From a virus (lineage: Duplodnaviria > Caudoviricetes), in the IMG/VR virus record IMGVR_UViG_2907128583_000005, positions 64,001-128,000 of that record: a stretch of 64,000 nt of DNA; one strand, 5' to 3'. Shown piece after piece: positions 20,387 to 30,033 of the stretch (positions within the stretch are counted from its first letter, which is position 1; each line of letters begins with the position of its first letter). The translations under genes were made by a program, and so were the position numbers. The notes under the pieces were generated by a model that had not been told where the DNA came from, made no database searches, and worked only from the letters and a program-made list of their open reading frames with translations.

Positions 20387-21251
20387 TCTCCTTATCTCGT
20401 AACCTTCCAGTCATTTGTAAATATTTTTTATTTTTTCTTGTTAAATATGTATTGGATTTATCATACAAATGATTTAGTATTTTTGGCACTTGTTCATTCC
20501 CACAATAAGATAAACCTCTGCAATATCCATCTCTACCCTCATTTCGTATAGAGAGCTTTGGTGTATGATTTGTAATTCCCACTTCAACAAAATAATTTGC
20601 TATAATAGTACATATCTCTTCGTATGTTGTAAACTGCACTCTCGCTTTCAGTCTCTTTTTAGATCGATCACAAACGTATCCGCACATAATTGATCCATCA
20701 GCATCTAAGACTCCTCTAATAAAATGCCTAATGAGATGTTTTGGTAGTTTATCAACAATCTTTTTAGTATTATGTCGGTTTGCAACTAAACCGTAGTCGT
20801 TGTGTAGTTTTCCTGCAAAGTACTTATTAGAAATATATAGCCTCACTACATCTTGCGCATTATCAAAATTACTTTTAAGCTTATACTTTTTTATTGTGTA
20901 ATTTGCCTCTAAACTAATTTTTAGTTTTTCTAAATGCTCCCTATCCTCTTCCGCTAAGTCCAACTTAAACTCGTAATAACAGATCCCATTTCTAACTCTA
21001 CTGCAAACATATCCGTCGCACCAAATAAACCCCAACCAATAAGCCTTATCTTCTGAGTCTATTTTATCGAAATAATTCTTGTTGAAACTGTAGATGCTAC
21101 CATTCTGCCTCGCTTGAATATTTGATTCTTTAAACCACCTATCCAGCACCTTGCTGTCTCTAATATTGAATATCTTTTTTATTTCATTTTTTGGCTTTCC
21201 TTGTTCATACAATTTCCTCAATAATTCTGGAGTACATCCTCTGTCTGCCAT
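20340..21251 (-). CDS. free-standing LAGLIDADG homing endonuclease
   Basis: Two motifs, AYWLGFIWCDG and HFIRGVLDADGS; ends with YLTRK; no intein splice motifs seen; possible ATA start at 21275. Confidence 0.9.
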   Translation of the reverse strand: MADRGCTPELLRKLYEQGKPKNEIKKIFNIRDSKVLDRWFKESNIQARQNGSIYSFNKNYFDKIDSEDKAYWLGFIWCDGYVCSRVRNGICYYEFKLDLAEEDREHLEKLKISLEANYTIKKYKLKSNFDNAQDVVRLYISNKYFAGKLHNDYGLVANRHNTKKIVDKLPKHLIRHFIRGVLDADGSIMCGYVCDRSKKRLKARVQFTTYEEICTIIANYFVEVGITNHTPKLSIRNEGRDGYCRGLSYCGNEQVPKILNHLYDKSNTYLTRKNKKYLQMTGRLRDKENEGIEMETERTQNSV

Positions 21252-21448
21252 ATGGATTTTGTTTGAAGGTTCTATATAATCACTCCTTGTACTTCTTTAT
21301 TGAATACTTATTTTGAATTTTTCAGGTAGTGTAATTTTAAGGTTATTGTTAATTGCTTTCATAAAACTATAAGTGAGATACCTATTCTCTCTTCCTGTCT
21401 GTTTATTTACGATTTTGATATTCACCATATCAATCACTCCAGTTCAGG

Positions 21449-21613
21449 TTAGTTTATTCCTAAGTATTCCAACATTTCTTTCTTCTCTACCTCACTGAAA
21501 TTCTTCCATGCAGCCTGTAACTCCAACATAATACAGTTAAACTCACGCCAATTACCCTCGCTGTTTTTTGTGACAATCCCATACCCATTCAGCATTACAT
21601 CTAAAGTTTCTAT
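21449..21613 (-). CDS. small hypothetical protein (ATA start)
   Basis: AAGGAGGTG RBS followed by ATA and 54 open codons; not in the ORF track. Confidence 0.5.
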   Translation of the reverse strand: METLDVMLNGYGIVTKNSEGNWREFNCIMLELQAAWKNFSEVEKKEMLEYLGIN

Positions 21614-21626
21614 TCTAATCACCTCC

Positions 21627-21896
21627 TTATTTTGATACGGATATTACATGTGGGATTCCTCGTTGCTTGTCCTTTATAAATACTTCATTCGTATCCAAGT
21701 TAACAATCTGATAATCTCTATACATATCCACGTACCACCACAACACATAAGAAACGTGTTCTAATGAACTCCATATAGTCGCTTTATTGGTAGTCTCAAC
21801 GTCTTCATATGGATGATCAGTACCCGAATCTACATGTAAGAGATACTTATCTGTCGCCACATCTTGAATTACAAACCTGTAGTGTATATCTGTCAT
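21627..21896 (-). CDS. hypothetical phage protein
   Basis: Start MTDIHY after GAGGAG. Confidence 0.7.
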   Translation of the reverse strand: MTDIHYRFVIQDVATDKYLLHVDSGTDHPYEDVETTNKATIWSSLEHVSYVLWWYVDMYRDYQIVNLDTNEVFIKDKQRGIPHVISVSK

Positions 21897-22089
21897 TGCT
21901 GTTTCTCCTCTCTGAACGTAGATAATCCTTAATAACATTTATGAATCTGAGTCCTAAAATAAAGTCTCCGTGATTAATATTGGTTTCAGTGGTTGTCCAT
22001 TCTGTTTCATATCCATGCGCAATCAATATAGACTGAATTTCATTTATAAATTCTCCTTGCTCCCCTTGGTTGTACCGATAAAAATTCAT
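21847..22089 (-). CDS. hypothetical phage protein
   Basis: 80-aa ORF with AAGGTGG RBS. Confidence 0.55.
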   Translation of the reverse strand: MNFYRYNQGEQGEFINEIQSILIAHGYETEWTTTETNINHGDFILGLRFINVIKDYLRSERRNSNDRYTLQVCNSRCGDR

Positions 22090-22128
22090 TTTATTCCACC
22101 TTATAAAATAGTAGTTTTACTCATCATT

Positions 22129-22530
22129 TTATTGTTTTTCCATTCGCTCTGCTGCTTCATCAATAAGTGCTTCAAATGATTGTTTAGTCGTTTTAGCCAT
22201 CATCATCCATCCTTCAATTTCCCAAGGCGACATCTCAGTATTGATATCTCGAAACTTGCTTGACAGACCCTGAATCTCTTGTTGAAGATAATAAAATCGT
22301 TTATAAAACCCTACATCTGTTATAATAGGATGTTTTCGTGTATCTGGCTCATGATAAACTGAATTTACATCAGTCCAGAAAATCTCACCGTTCTCTACTT
22401 CTACATACAAATTATCTCCAACCACTTCTTTTACCAATGCTTGCAAACCAATATTAAAATCATTATCACTTCTTGCGATTTCAACATATGTATCTTTTAA
22501 ATAAGAATAATCCTTTGTTTTAATCTTCAT
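22129..22530 (-). CDS. hypothetical phage protein
   Basis: 133-aa ORF with AGGAG RBS. Confidence 0.75.
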   Translation of the reverse strand: MKIKTKDYSYLKDTYVEIARSDNDFNIGLQALVKEVVGDNLYVEVENGEIFWTDVNSVYHEPDTRKHPIITDVGFYKRFYYLQQEIQGLSSKFRDINTEMSPWEIEGWMMMAKTTKQSFEALIDEAAERMEKQ

Positions 22531-22569
22531 TTTTAACTGTCTCCTATAATAGTTTTTATTTACTAACTT

Positions 22570-22902
22570 TTACTCAGCATAATTATGACGATCTTTAAAC
22601 ATTCTTTTAAATCTCATTAAGGTTACTTCATCTAATCCAAACTCTGTTGCGTCCGCAATTAAAACTAATTCAAAATGTTTGTCTGTGTAATAGTCACTCA
22701 ATGAGAGAAAATGCATTTCATTTACATCGTTATATGTAAAAATTTCGTCCCTCTTTGCATCATAACAAAAGAGATATTCTTTTCCTGCTTCGAAACAATG
22801 ATCCGCTTCTTCGTTTGGTTTTCTTCCATATATGATCATGGACTCTCTACATCTTACTCTAGCTAACATCAATTTCCTTTCGTTACGTCTATTCCCCAAC
22901 AC
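22570..22902 (-). CDS. hypothetical phage protein
   Basis: 110-aa ORF with AAGGAG RBS. Confidence 0.75.
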   Translation of the reverse strand: MLGNRRNERKLMLARVRCRESMIIYGRKPNEEADHCFEAGKEYLFCYDAKRDEIFTYNDVNEMHFLSLSDYYTDKHFELVLIADATEFGLDEVTLMRFKRMFKDRHNYAE

Positions 22903-23110
22903 TATCTCTCCTTTTTATAAAATCTTGTTTTTACTTTTTAATATTTGAATCTACACCGAGTTTTAAATTTATAACTACTCATACTAACTCCAACCAAGCG
23001 TTCAATTTCATCTTTGTACTTCTTTCTTCTAGTCAAGAAATATAATATCTTATTTCTTCGAATTTTTTTTTGTATCTCTTTACTACTCAACCAGAATTCG
23101 TTGAGATCTT

Positions 23111-23665
23111 TCATTGGTCAATCACTTTCCATTCTCCTGTAGAAATCATCTCTTTAACTTGTTCAATAGAATATTGAAGCTGCCAATACGAGATAGGAGT
23201 TGTAACAATATAGAAGTTACCGCATTTGTCAGCCTTACATTTGACTTCTTTGGTAGTAAAATAAAATGAATCTTTTAGTTCGATTTCGTACTTGGTATTA
23301 CTTTTACTTGTTAACTCATTAAGTTCTTTAAGCAGTGAATACATCGCTTTATCCTTCAAAGAAATCAATTCATTAATATATTCATCAGTAAATTCGTTTC
23401 TTCTCATATCAATTTGTTGCTTTAGATAACTAATCCGTTTTTCTTTCTCTACTCGTTCTACGTGACTCTTCGTGTCTACCTTGGACACAATCCATCTTGT
23501 AGGCTTAACCCCTTGATTGGAATCCGTAATTCTTAGTACTCTACCTGTTTCATAGCCATTTTGAGTGTCACAAACAACTAAATCGTCTTTTTTCAAATCA
23601 ATGTCAGTGTAAAATGCGTATGGTGTTTGACTTCCGTTGTGTTTTACAATTGCAATTTTAGCCAT
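23111..23665 (-). CDS. hypothetical phage protein
   Basis: Start MAKIAIV after AAGGAG; YAFYTD..LKKDDLVVCDT motif. Confidence 0.75.
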   Translation of the reverse strand: MAKIAIVKHNGSQTPYAFYTDIDLKKDDLVVCDTQNGYETGRVLRITDSNQGVKPTRWIVSKVDTKSHVERVEKEKRISYLKQQIDMRRNEFTDEYINELISLKDKAMYSLLKELNELTSKSNTKYEIELKDSFYFTTKEVKCKADKCGNFYIVTTPISYWQLQYSIEQVKEMISTGEWKVIDQ

Positions 23666-23681
23666 ATGTATTATTCTCCTT

Positions 23682-23918
23682 TTATTTGCTGTATGCCTGA
23701 GACCAATTCTTATATTCATCTGCTCTAATAGCAAAATAATCGCCATCATGTTGAAAACATTTATAAGCAATAAGTGTATTAACCGAGTTTTTAATATTCA
23801 CTCTATCCCCGATAGATACGGGAATCCATTGATACGGCTCATTAATTTCATCAAGCCAAAACAAGAAATTTTCCCATTCTAGCTTTGATACAATTTGAAA
23901 GTTGTCTGCTTTAAACAA
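23682..23918 (-). CDS. hypothetical phage protein
   Basis: 78-aa ORF with AAGGAGG RBS. Confidence 0.7.
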   Translation of the reverse strand: MFKADNFQIVSKLEWENFLFWLDEINEPYQWIPVSIGDRVNIKNSVNTLIAYKCFQHDGDYFAIRADEYKNWSQAYSK

Positions 23919-23966
23919 ATCACCACCTCCTTGTAAAAGTATATTTTTATCAACTCAGAGAGTTGT

Positions 23967-24287
23967 TTATTCTGCCAATTCTAGATTAAAATTCACCTGA
24001 TGATGAAGTACCCATCCAGTTGCATTTTGGTTAACGTTGTGACAATAATATCTATCTTCTGGAATATCATTATCACTTGCGGGAATAGTATCTAAGATCC
24101 ATAACATATCTTCATTTTCCCAATTGTAGCAATCTAATTGGTCGTCTTTAACCCAGCAGATTCCGTCCAGAATTAGTTCGTTTTTTTCGTTGTATCTAAT
24201 GTTTGGTTCATAGATACTAACTCTATTCTTTTCAATTTCAGCAAACATTTTTACGTTCCCCCTTTCTTCATGAAACTCCTCTTTCAC
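23967..24287 (-). CDS. hypothetical phage protein
   Basis: ORF of up to 106 aa. Confidence 0.65.
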   Translation of the reverse strand: MKEEFHEERGNVKMFAEIEKNRVSIYEPNIRYNEKNELILDGICWVKDDQLDCYNWENEDMLWILDTIPASDNDIPEDRYYCHNVNQNATGWVLHHQVNFNLELAE

Positions 24288-24336
24288 TAATTCTATATTT
24301 CTATTATAATTAGTGTAAAAAGTTAGGAAGTTTACA

Positions 24337-24645
24337 ATGAATAACAGTGTTTCAAAGGTTAAAATTGATGACTATTATACAAATAACGGAACAAGCTTTT
24401 GCGACCTATTAATATATTTAGATGACAATTCAATAATAAAAGCAAAAGCAAAAGAGATTGAAGGAACTTGGATCTTTTATTCTGCCGACTTTACTACTCG
24501 TCCTTGCCCCAACTGTAAGCAAATAGCTTGGTGTCATTGTGCTAAGAAACTTCTTTCCTTCCCAGACAAACCACTTAACAAATTTATAAAACAAGAACTT
24601 ATGGTATATCGCTTAGGAGATCCGTTTAATTACTGGAGTAAATAA
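24337..24645 (+). CDS. plus-strand small protein with putative Zn-binding CxxC..CxC
   Basis: CPNC...WCHC; AGGAAG RBS; stop lies inside an 18-bp palindrome. Confidence 0.6.
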   Translation: MNNSVSKVKIDDYYTNNGTSFCDLLIYLDDNSIIKAKAKEIEGTWIFYSADFTTRPCPNCKQIAWCHCAKKLLSFPDKPLNKFIKQELMVYRLGDPFNYWSK

Positions 24646-24659
24646 AATTCAAATTTTAT

Positions 24660-24989
24660 TTATTTCTCAATTTTATACGAAATGATCTCAGCACTAACGA
24701 TAGAATCTTCAACGTCTCCAATATCTATTAGTACTCTTTTTTTACCATTAAACAATACTACTTCCTGAATATATCCAGCTTCATCTACGCTGTTAATATG
24801 CTTCTTGTTGAGTTCATGTTCGACGGGAATAAAATCTCCATCTGCAACAGAACTGATAGCCGTCTTAAGGATTGAACTCCCCATTGTGTTTCCCCCAACT
24901 TCATATATTATTGCTCCTTTATAATCTTCAAACATTAGGGTAACTTTCACTTGATGGATATTAGAATATCCAGGGTTGTAAAATTTCAT
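24660..24989 (-). CDS. hypothetical phage protein
   Basis: 109-aa ORF with AAGGAG RBS, bounded by palindromes. Confidence 0.75.
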   Translation of the reverse strand: MKFYNPGYSNIHQVKVTLMFEDYKGAIIYEVGGNTMGSSILKTAISSVADGDFIPVEHELNKKHINSVDEAGYIQEVVLFNGKKRVLIDIGDVEDSIVSAEIISYKIEK

Positions 24990-25104
24990 TTGTTTGTCTC
25001 CTTTTCTTTATATAAAATCCAACTTTTATATGGTCACATTAGCATGTTTGAGAGGTTGTTAGCTGTGTATGAAATTCCGATCAACCTCTACTATGTATCA
25101 ATCA

Positions 25105-25350
25105 TCATTTTAATTTATAGAATACTTTTCTAGAGCACATCATGAAAGAACTCGATTCAAAACCTGCATCGTTTACTATAAATAACTCAGCTTCGCCTAT
25201 ACTACTAATACTAGATTCCCACCTACCTAAAACATATAATTCCCCCTCTGTTAAATCTAATCCCCCACATAAATTCTTAGTGATAAAAACATGAGTTGCT
25301 ACGCTTAAATCCTCTGTCGGCTCTAAGCTGGCAAGTTGATGACTAGACAT
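25105..25350 (-). CDS. hypothetical phage protein
   Basis: 81-aa ORF downstream of a promoter. Confidence 0.65.
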   Translation of the reverse strand: MSSHQLASLEPTEDLSVATHVFITKNLCGGLDLTEGELYVLGRWESSISSIGEAELFIVNDAGFESSSFMMCSRKVFYKLK

Positions 25351-25379
25351 GTGACCATCCCTCTCTGTTTCATATTTTC

Positions 25380-25427
25380 ATTATATTTATTTGTTTAATA
25401 TAAGTCAACAGTTTTATTTCATTATTT
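25380..25427 (-). promoter_or_regulatory. sigmaA-type promoter with upstream AAATAATGAAATA box
   Basis: TTGACT-17 bp-TATAAT. Confidence 0.75.
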
Positions 25428-25508
25428 ATAATTGTTTAACTGACAGTGTTTCAGCTTATAAAAAAGGGAGGTTCTTACGCCTCCATTTAGATAAAAACTA
25501 TATTTTAC

Positions 25509-26582
25509 TCAGACTGATACTTTGAATTTACACTCCTCATATAGAGTATTGAATACATCTTCTCCTCTGTCACATGGACTGTCTTTGTCCTTAAACAAGT
25601 TTCTATTGTCATATAAAGCATACACATTTCTAGTTTTCCCGAACTTAGCTGCTTGTTTTCTTACTGCTTCTACTGGCTTGTCTTTATCTAACGCTATAAC
25701 TATCTCTACATCATGGCTTAATTCCTTTATCATCTCAACCTGCCATTCACTTAGATCGTCACCACTAATAGCAACACAGTTTCGATGACCGTATTGACTA
25801 ATTAACCAGCAAGTTTTTTCACCTTCAAATATCAATATCTCTTTTCTTTCTAATATGTAATACAAGGCTCGATGCCAATTGTAAAGTTCAATCATCTTGT
25901 TGAAATTGATAAGATATAAGAACTTATAAATATTCTTCTCTTCGTAGTCACCAAATATGGTTCTTCCTTTTATAGATACAATATCCCCAAAGCGATTGTG
26001 TATGGGGAAGATTATACGTTGGCTTCTTAAGTCAAAGCCTATTTGAAATTCTCGCTGTATTTCGCATGACACCCCCTCATCTAAATAAGTTTGATGAGGG
26101 TACATGACAAATTGATTTAATATTTCATCATCATAGGTGTCATTCTCAAGGTTACTTAACTCTCTTTTTTTCTTACGTTTCCGTCTAACATCCTTGAGCC
26201 AATCGAGTTGAACTAAACTAGGTGGAGGCATATAGCTGCTGTCTAAAAATTCTTTGTAGCCTAATTGTTCACATATCCATCTTTTAGCTTTAGGCAATCC
26301 TCTTTGTCTGTCATCTTCTGATATTTGATCAAAAACTATATAAGATACTAATCCATAAATATCTATATCTGACTCTCCAAGCGTCCTAATTCTGCTTGAT
26401 AGGCTTTCATTTAAATAAACTTGAACTGATCTTTTATTTGGCGATTCAAATTTGTGGGGGAGTTGCGCCTCGTAGCGATTATTCTTTTTTTCTACATATT
26501 CGCAACCCATTGCTTCTAAAAGTTCTCCAACCCTTGATTCCTCTATGATTCTTTCCTTTATTAACTTCAGATCATTGCTCAT
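25509..26582 (-). CDS. DnaG-type DNA primase (YorJ-like)
   Basis: RIIFPIHN...SIKGRT; TOPRIM IFEGEK and IALDKD; follows the helicase. Confidence 0.9.
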   Translation of the reverse strand: MSNDLKLIKERIIEESRVGELLEAMGCEYVEKKNNRYEAQLPHKFESPNKRSVQVYLNESLSSRIRTLGESDIDIYGLVSYIVFDQISEDDRQRGLPKAKRWICEQLGYKEFLDSSYMPPPSLVQLDWLKDVRRKRKKKRELSNLENDTYDDEILNQFVMYPHQTYLDEGVSCEIQREFQIGFDLRSQRIIFPIHNRFGDIVSIKGRTIFGDYEEKNIYKFLYLINFNKMIELYNWHRALYYILERKEILIFEGEKTCWLISQYGHRNCVAISGDDLSEWQVEMIKELSHDVEIVIALDKDKPVEAVRKQAAKFGKTRNVYALYDNRNLFKDKDSPCDRGEDVFNTLYEECKFKVSV

Positions 26583-26601
26583 GCTGCTCCTCCAAAGGAG
26601 T

Positions 26602-28092
26602 TTAACGTCCATTATTAGGTACGACTACTAATGCTACCTCTTTCCAAATATTAAAATCATAATTCACTTCAAACACTATTTGCTCATCCTCAGATCCTTC
26701 ACGGTTTTTAGGTAGGAACAGAATGAGATATTTTTTCCCCGGGTCTAATTTATACGGTTTCTTGTGCCATCCACCAAAACCACTATCCTTCTCCCAGTTA
26801 TATGGATCTAATTCGTTTTTTCCACCGGGATATTCGTCTGCAAAAATCAATCTGCCAGCCATTACAACGGCTGCTACTTCTACAATCTCTGGTGATTTAC
26901 CAATACAATCTAAATCTATGTATCTAAACTCTTTACCAATTTTAAGTTGAACTGTTGCTATTGTGGCGCAATTATTAGACTCTTCTTTGATACAGTCATA
27001 CAGTTCTTGAGCTGAGTTGGAGAAAGCAAGCCATCGCTCTACGTTCTGTGATAAATCAGGTTTAAATGTATCAAAATAAATATGCTTATAACCTAATGGT
27101 CTATAAAGTTCTATTCTATTAATGACGTCTTCAATTCGATACTTCTTGAGCTGCACGAATTTAATAAAGTCTGGACGGTGTGTCTGCAACCATTCGGCAG
27201 CTTCTTTCAGGGTTTGTTTGATTTCTGCACTAAATCCACCCCTGTTAACCGTATCTCGTGCCACTGGCTTTTTCAAAATTCTTGCGGCAACGGTCACTAG
27301 AAGTCTTGTCCTCCATCTTTTTATCCCTTCTTCATTTGCAAAGATAATTCCTTTTTCTCCGCTCTCAAGTAACCCCAAAACGCCTTTCTCAGTTAAAATG
27401 CTTGATTTCCCCACACCTGAAGGAAGAACGAGATACATTAAGTTTCCAAGCTTTTGCCCGTTGATCTTCTTATTTAGCCTAGGAGACTCGAATAGCGGTA
27501 TTCCTGCATCTTCTCCTGCCTCCAATTGATCAATGGTCTCATCTAGATTATCTATAAGATTGTATTCAATTACTTCTCCACTATTTACATGAGAAAAGGA
27601 TTCTTTGTGTTTAAATTGAAAGAAGCTTTGCATCTGTTTAAGTGACATATTAGCCAATTTTGAAACCAGATTTGTGTTACTAATATCCAATAACCCTTGC
27701 TTTTGAAGATTACGAAGTGACTCATATTTTTGTACTTCGCTAAAATGATATTCATCATTTCCTTTGTCTCCGTCACACTCTGATACGACTTCATCAATTG
27801 TTGAGAAGCCGCCATAATCATTATAATAATCAAAGTATGACTTCTTGCCATTTTCAGAAGGCTTAGATGTAATAAATGAGTAAGTGGTTACATCATCAAA
27901 TAATCGAATACCACTTTCATACATCTCTTTTCCAATGTAAAAGTAGAACCACCATATACCCTCTGTAAAAGTATCTTTACTAATTTTATGGGTTTTATAT
28001 TTACCGTATAGACTTGGTGTGTTCCATAAATAACCGATAAATATAGACTCATGAACTTTCGATGGATCTACAAATTCTTTGATATATTCTAT
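26602..28092 (-). CDS. DnaB-like replicative helicase (YorI-like)
   Basis: Walker A LPSGVGKS, ANEE, YFDTFK, TVQL, KNREG; probable ATA start at 28092 after AGGAG. Confidence 0.9.
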   Translation of the reverse strand: MEYIKEFVDPSKVHESIFIGYLWNTPSLYGKYKTHKISKDTFTEGIWWFYFYIGKEMYESGIRLFDDVTTYSFITSKPSENGKKSYFDYYNDYGGFSTIDEVVSECDGDKGNDEYHFSEVQKYESLRNLQKQGLLDISNTNLVSKLANMSLKQMQSFFQFKHKESFSHVNSGEVIEYNLIDNLDETIDQLEAGEDAGIPLFESPRLNKKINGQKLGNLMYLVLPSGVGKSSILTEKGVLGLLESGEKGIIFANEEGIKRWRTRLLVTVAARILKKPVARDTVNRGGFSAEIKQTLKEAAEWLQTHRPDFIKFVQLKKYRIEDVINRIELYRPLGYKHIYFDTFKPDLSQNVERWLAFSNSAQELYDCIKEESNNCATIATVQLKIGKEFRYIDLDCIGKSPEIVEVAAVVMAGRLIFADEYPGGKNELDPYNWEKDSGFGGWHKKPYKLDPGKKYLILFLPKNREGSEDEQIVFEVNYDFNIWKEVALVVVPNNGR

Positions 28093-28111
28093 TGTTACCA
28101 CTCCTAACGAA

Positions 28112-28693
28112 TTACACAAAATCAGAAATGTCTAAATCATCTCGTTTATTAATATATATATTTTTAGTTGTAAGAGATTGATCTCTTTTAGACTCTTGTT
28201 TTTCAACTCGTTTTACTGCTTCTAATTGTTTCTTTTTATTCTGTCTAATTCTCCAAGCATCATTTAAATGGCTCATCATAGTAGAGATTGTATAATTGAC
28301 CTGATTAACGTCGTTCCAATCTCCGATCTTTGTAGACATTGCATATAAGTTGTTTTTCTCAGATAGCCTATAAGCTTCAAGCATTAGAGCATAGTCAGGC
28401 CCTGTTCTCCACTTTGGAATTTTCTTGCCTTTTTTATACTCAAAGCCAGCACGAAGATGCTTTAATCTTGTTATATTTGCTATTGATAGTGTAACTAAAT
28501 CGTGAAACTTTATTATGTATTGATATAACTCATCCCATTGCTCATTTTCAATTCTAGTTGCCTCTTGTTCTTTCTTAAACCTCTCATAACAGTATTCTTT
28601 ATGGTAATACCTTTTGTGTTCTAAAATCATATCTTCTCTAAGTCCATATTGACTGCAAATTGGACACTTAACTGGTCTTGCCAGTTTAATCAC
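28112..28693 (-). CDS. Zn-finger replication protein (YorH-like, possible helicase loader or origin protein)
   Basis: N-terminal CPIC..YYH..C; C-terminal DISDF; position just before the helicase. Confidence 0.6.
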   Translation of the reverse strand: MIKLARPVKCPICSQYGLREDMILEHKRYYHKEYCYERFKKEQEATRIENEQWDELYQYIIKFHDLVTLSIANITRLKHLRAGFEYKKGKKIPKWRTGPDYALMLEAYRLSEKNNLYAMSTKIGDWNDVNQVNYTISTMMSHLNDAWRIRQNKKKQLEAVKRVEKQESKRDQSLTTKNIYINKRDDLDISDFV

Positions 28694-28698
28694 CCCCT

Positions 28699-29535
28699 TC
28701 AGAATTTAAAACATTCAAACTCAGGCAATCTCAACAAATTGTTTTTCGTAAACCCTCTATGTTTAACTACGCACTTAATAACTTCTTTAATGTAGACTGT
28801 ACTTTCTGTTTCCTTTACTTTAAGCTGCTGGAATACCTTGTACCCTGCTTTTCTCTCATTTGAGCCTACCGCTAAAGTTAAGACACCTGCTATTCGTTCG
28901 CCATCAGATAGTAGCCAACCAAATTCATCTTTTTTATAACCAGCAATGTAGTACTCACCAACATCATAGGCAATTACTTTAAGCCACTTATCTGATCTTT
29001 TGTCAATCTCATATTTCGAATTTATTTCTTTCTGAACGGTTCCTTCAAGCTTTTGTTGCTTAGTAAGATTAAAGTACTCAACTCCGTGTCCCAAGATGAA
29101 TTTTGTCTTTTTGTAATAATCATTATCCTTAAATGCTGACTCCAGTATCTCTTTACGCTCAATTAACGGCAAGTGGGTAACACTTTTTCCATTATAATTA
29201 ATGATATCGAATGCACAAAAAGTTACTTTGTGTTTACTTTTTCTTGATTTAAACCTTTCCATAACTGATTCAAAATTTGGTTTTCCTTCTGAGTCAGTAA
29301 CAATTAGTTCCCCATCTAGAGTTGTTCCATTTTCAATTGGAATATTATCAATAAGCTCAGGGAACTTGCCAGTTACTTCGTTCTTATGTCGTGTATATAG
29401 CCTTACTCCATCTCGCGTATCTACAAGAAGTCTTATCCCATCAAGCTTTAACTCTGTTAAATGCAAATTACTGTTAAATGGCTCATTGTTATCTGCCTTA
29501 TGCAGAAGCATTGGAGATACAAACATATTCATCAC
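28699..29535 (-). CDS. ATP-dependent DNA ligase
   Basis: ELKLDGIR (KxDG), LDGEL, AFDI, EGTVQK, WLKV. Confidence 0.95.
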   Translation of the reverse strand: MMNMFVSPMLLHKADNNEPFNSNLHLTELKLDGIRLLVDTRDGVRLYTRHKNEVTGKFPELIDNIPIENGTTLDGELIVTDSEGKPNFESVMERFKSRKSKHKVTFCAFDIINYNGKSVTHLPLIERKEILESAFKDNDYYKKTKFILGHGVEYFNLTKQQKLEGTVQKEINSKYEIDKRSDKWLKVIAYDVGEYYIAGYKKDEFGWLLSDGERIAGVLTLAVGSNERKAGYKVFQQLKVKETESTVYIKEVIKCVVKHRGFTKNNLLRLPEFECFKF

Positions 29536-29778
29536 CCATTTAACAGTATATCAAATGAGTATATGCTATTTCTGCGGTAAGTTATGTATATCGTTTAAAA
29601 TGAAGATTTTATTCAATCTCATGATACACTTGTAAAACATTTGCGTTGTCGATTAATTGATCGTGTTCATCCAATACCATAATGAATGAATCATCCATTG
29701 GAATATAGACACCCGTTTCATTGAGGTGCTTTACAATGATCTTCCTAACCTCTTCTAGACTTAGTGTATATCCGGCTG

Positions 29779-29994
29779 TCATTCCATCTCCTCCTCGATT
29801 AACTCAAAGCGCTTGACACCATTGTTTGTATATCCAAAGAACATATCTACTGGTCTAGCCCAAATGTTATTATCTTTATCCTTGTAGATCACCAAACCAT
29901 CCATTGTTTCAGTGTGTGTAGCCATACTGACAATTGTGTAGTAATTTCCTTTATAATGCTTGTATCTAGCTCCCTTAGTTACTTCGTACACCAT
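29779..29994 (-). CDS. DUF1653-like protein
   Basis: YKHYKGNYY...ATHTET...WARPVDMF...RF. Confidence 0.85.
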   Translation of the reverse strand: MVYEVTKGARYKHYKGNYYTIVSMATHTETMDGLVIYKDKDNNIWARPVDMFFGYTNNGVKRFELIEEEME

Positions 29995-30033
29995 TTATTT
30001 TCCTCCACTATGTATTTTGGTAAAATTGAACTT

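Noticed and set aside
20340-21251. LAGLIDADG ORF as part of an intein or intron
   Set aside because: No intein splice motifs and no group I core in the flanks; the upstream region holds small ORFs with their own RBSs
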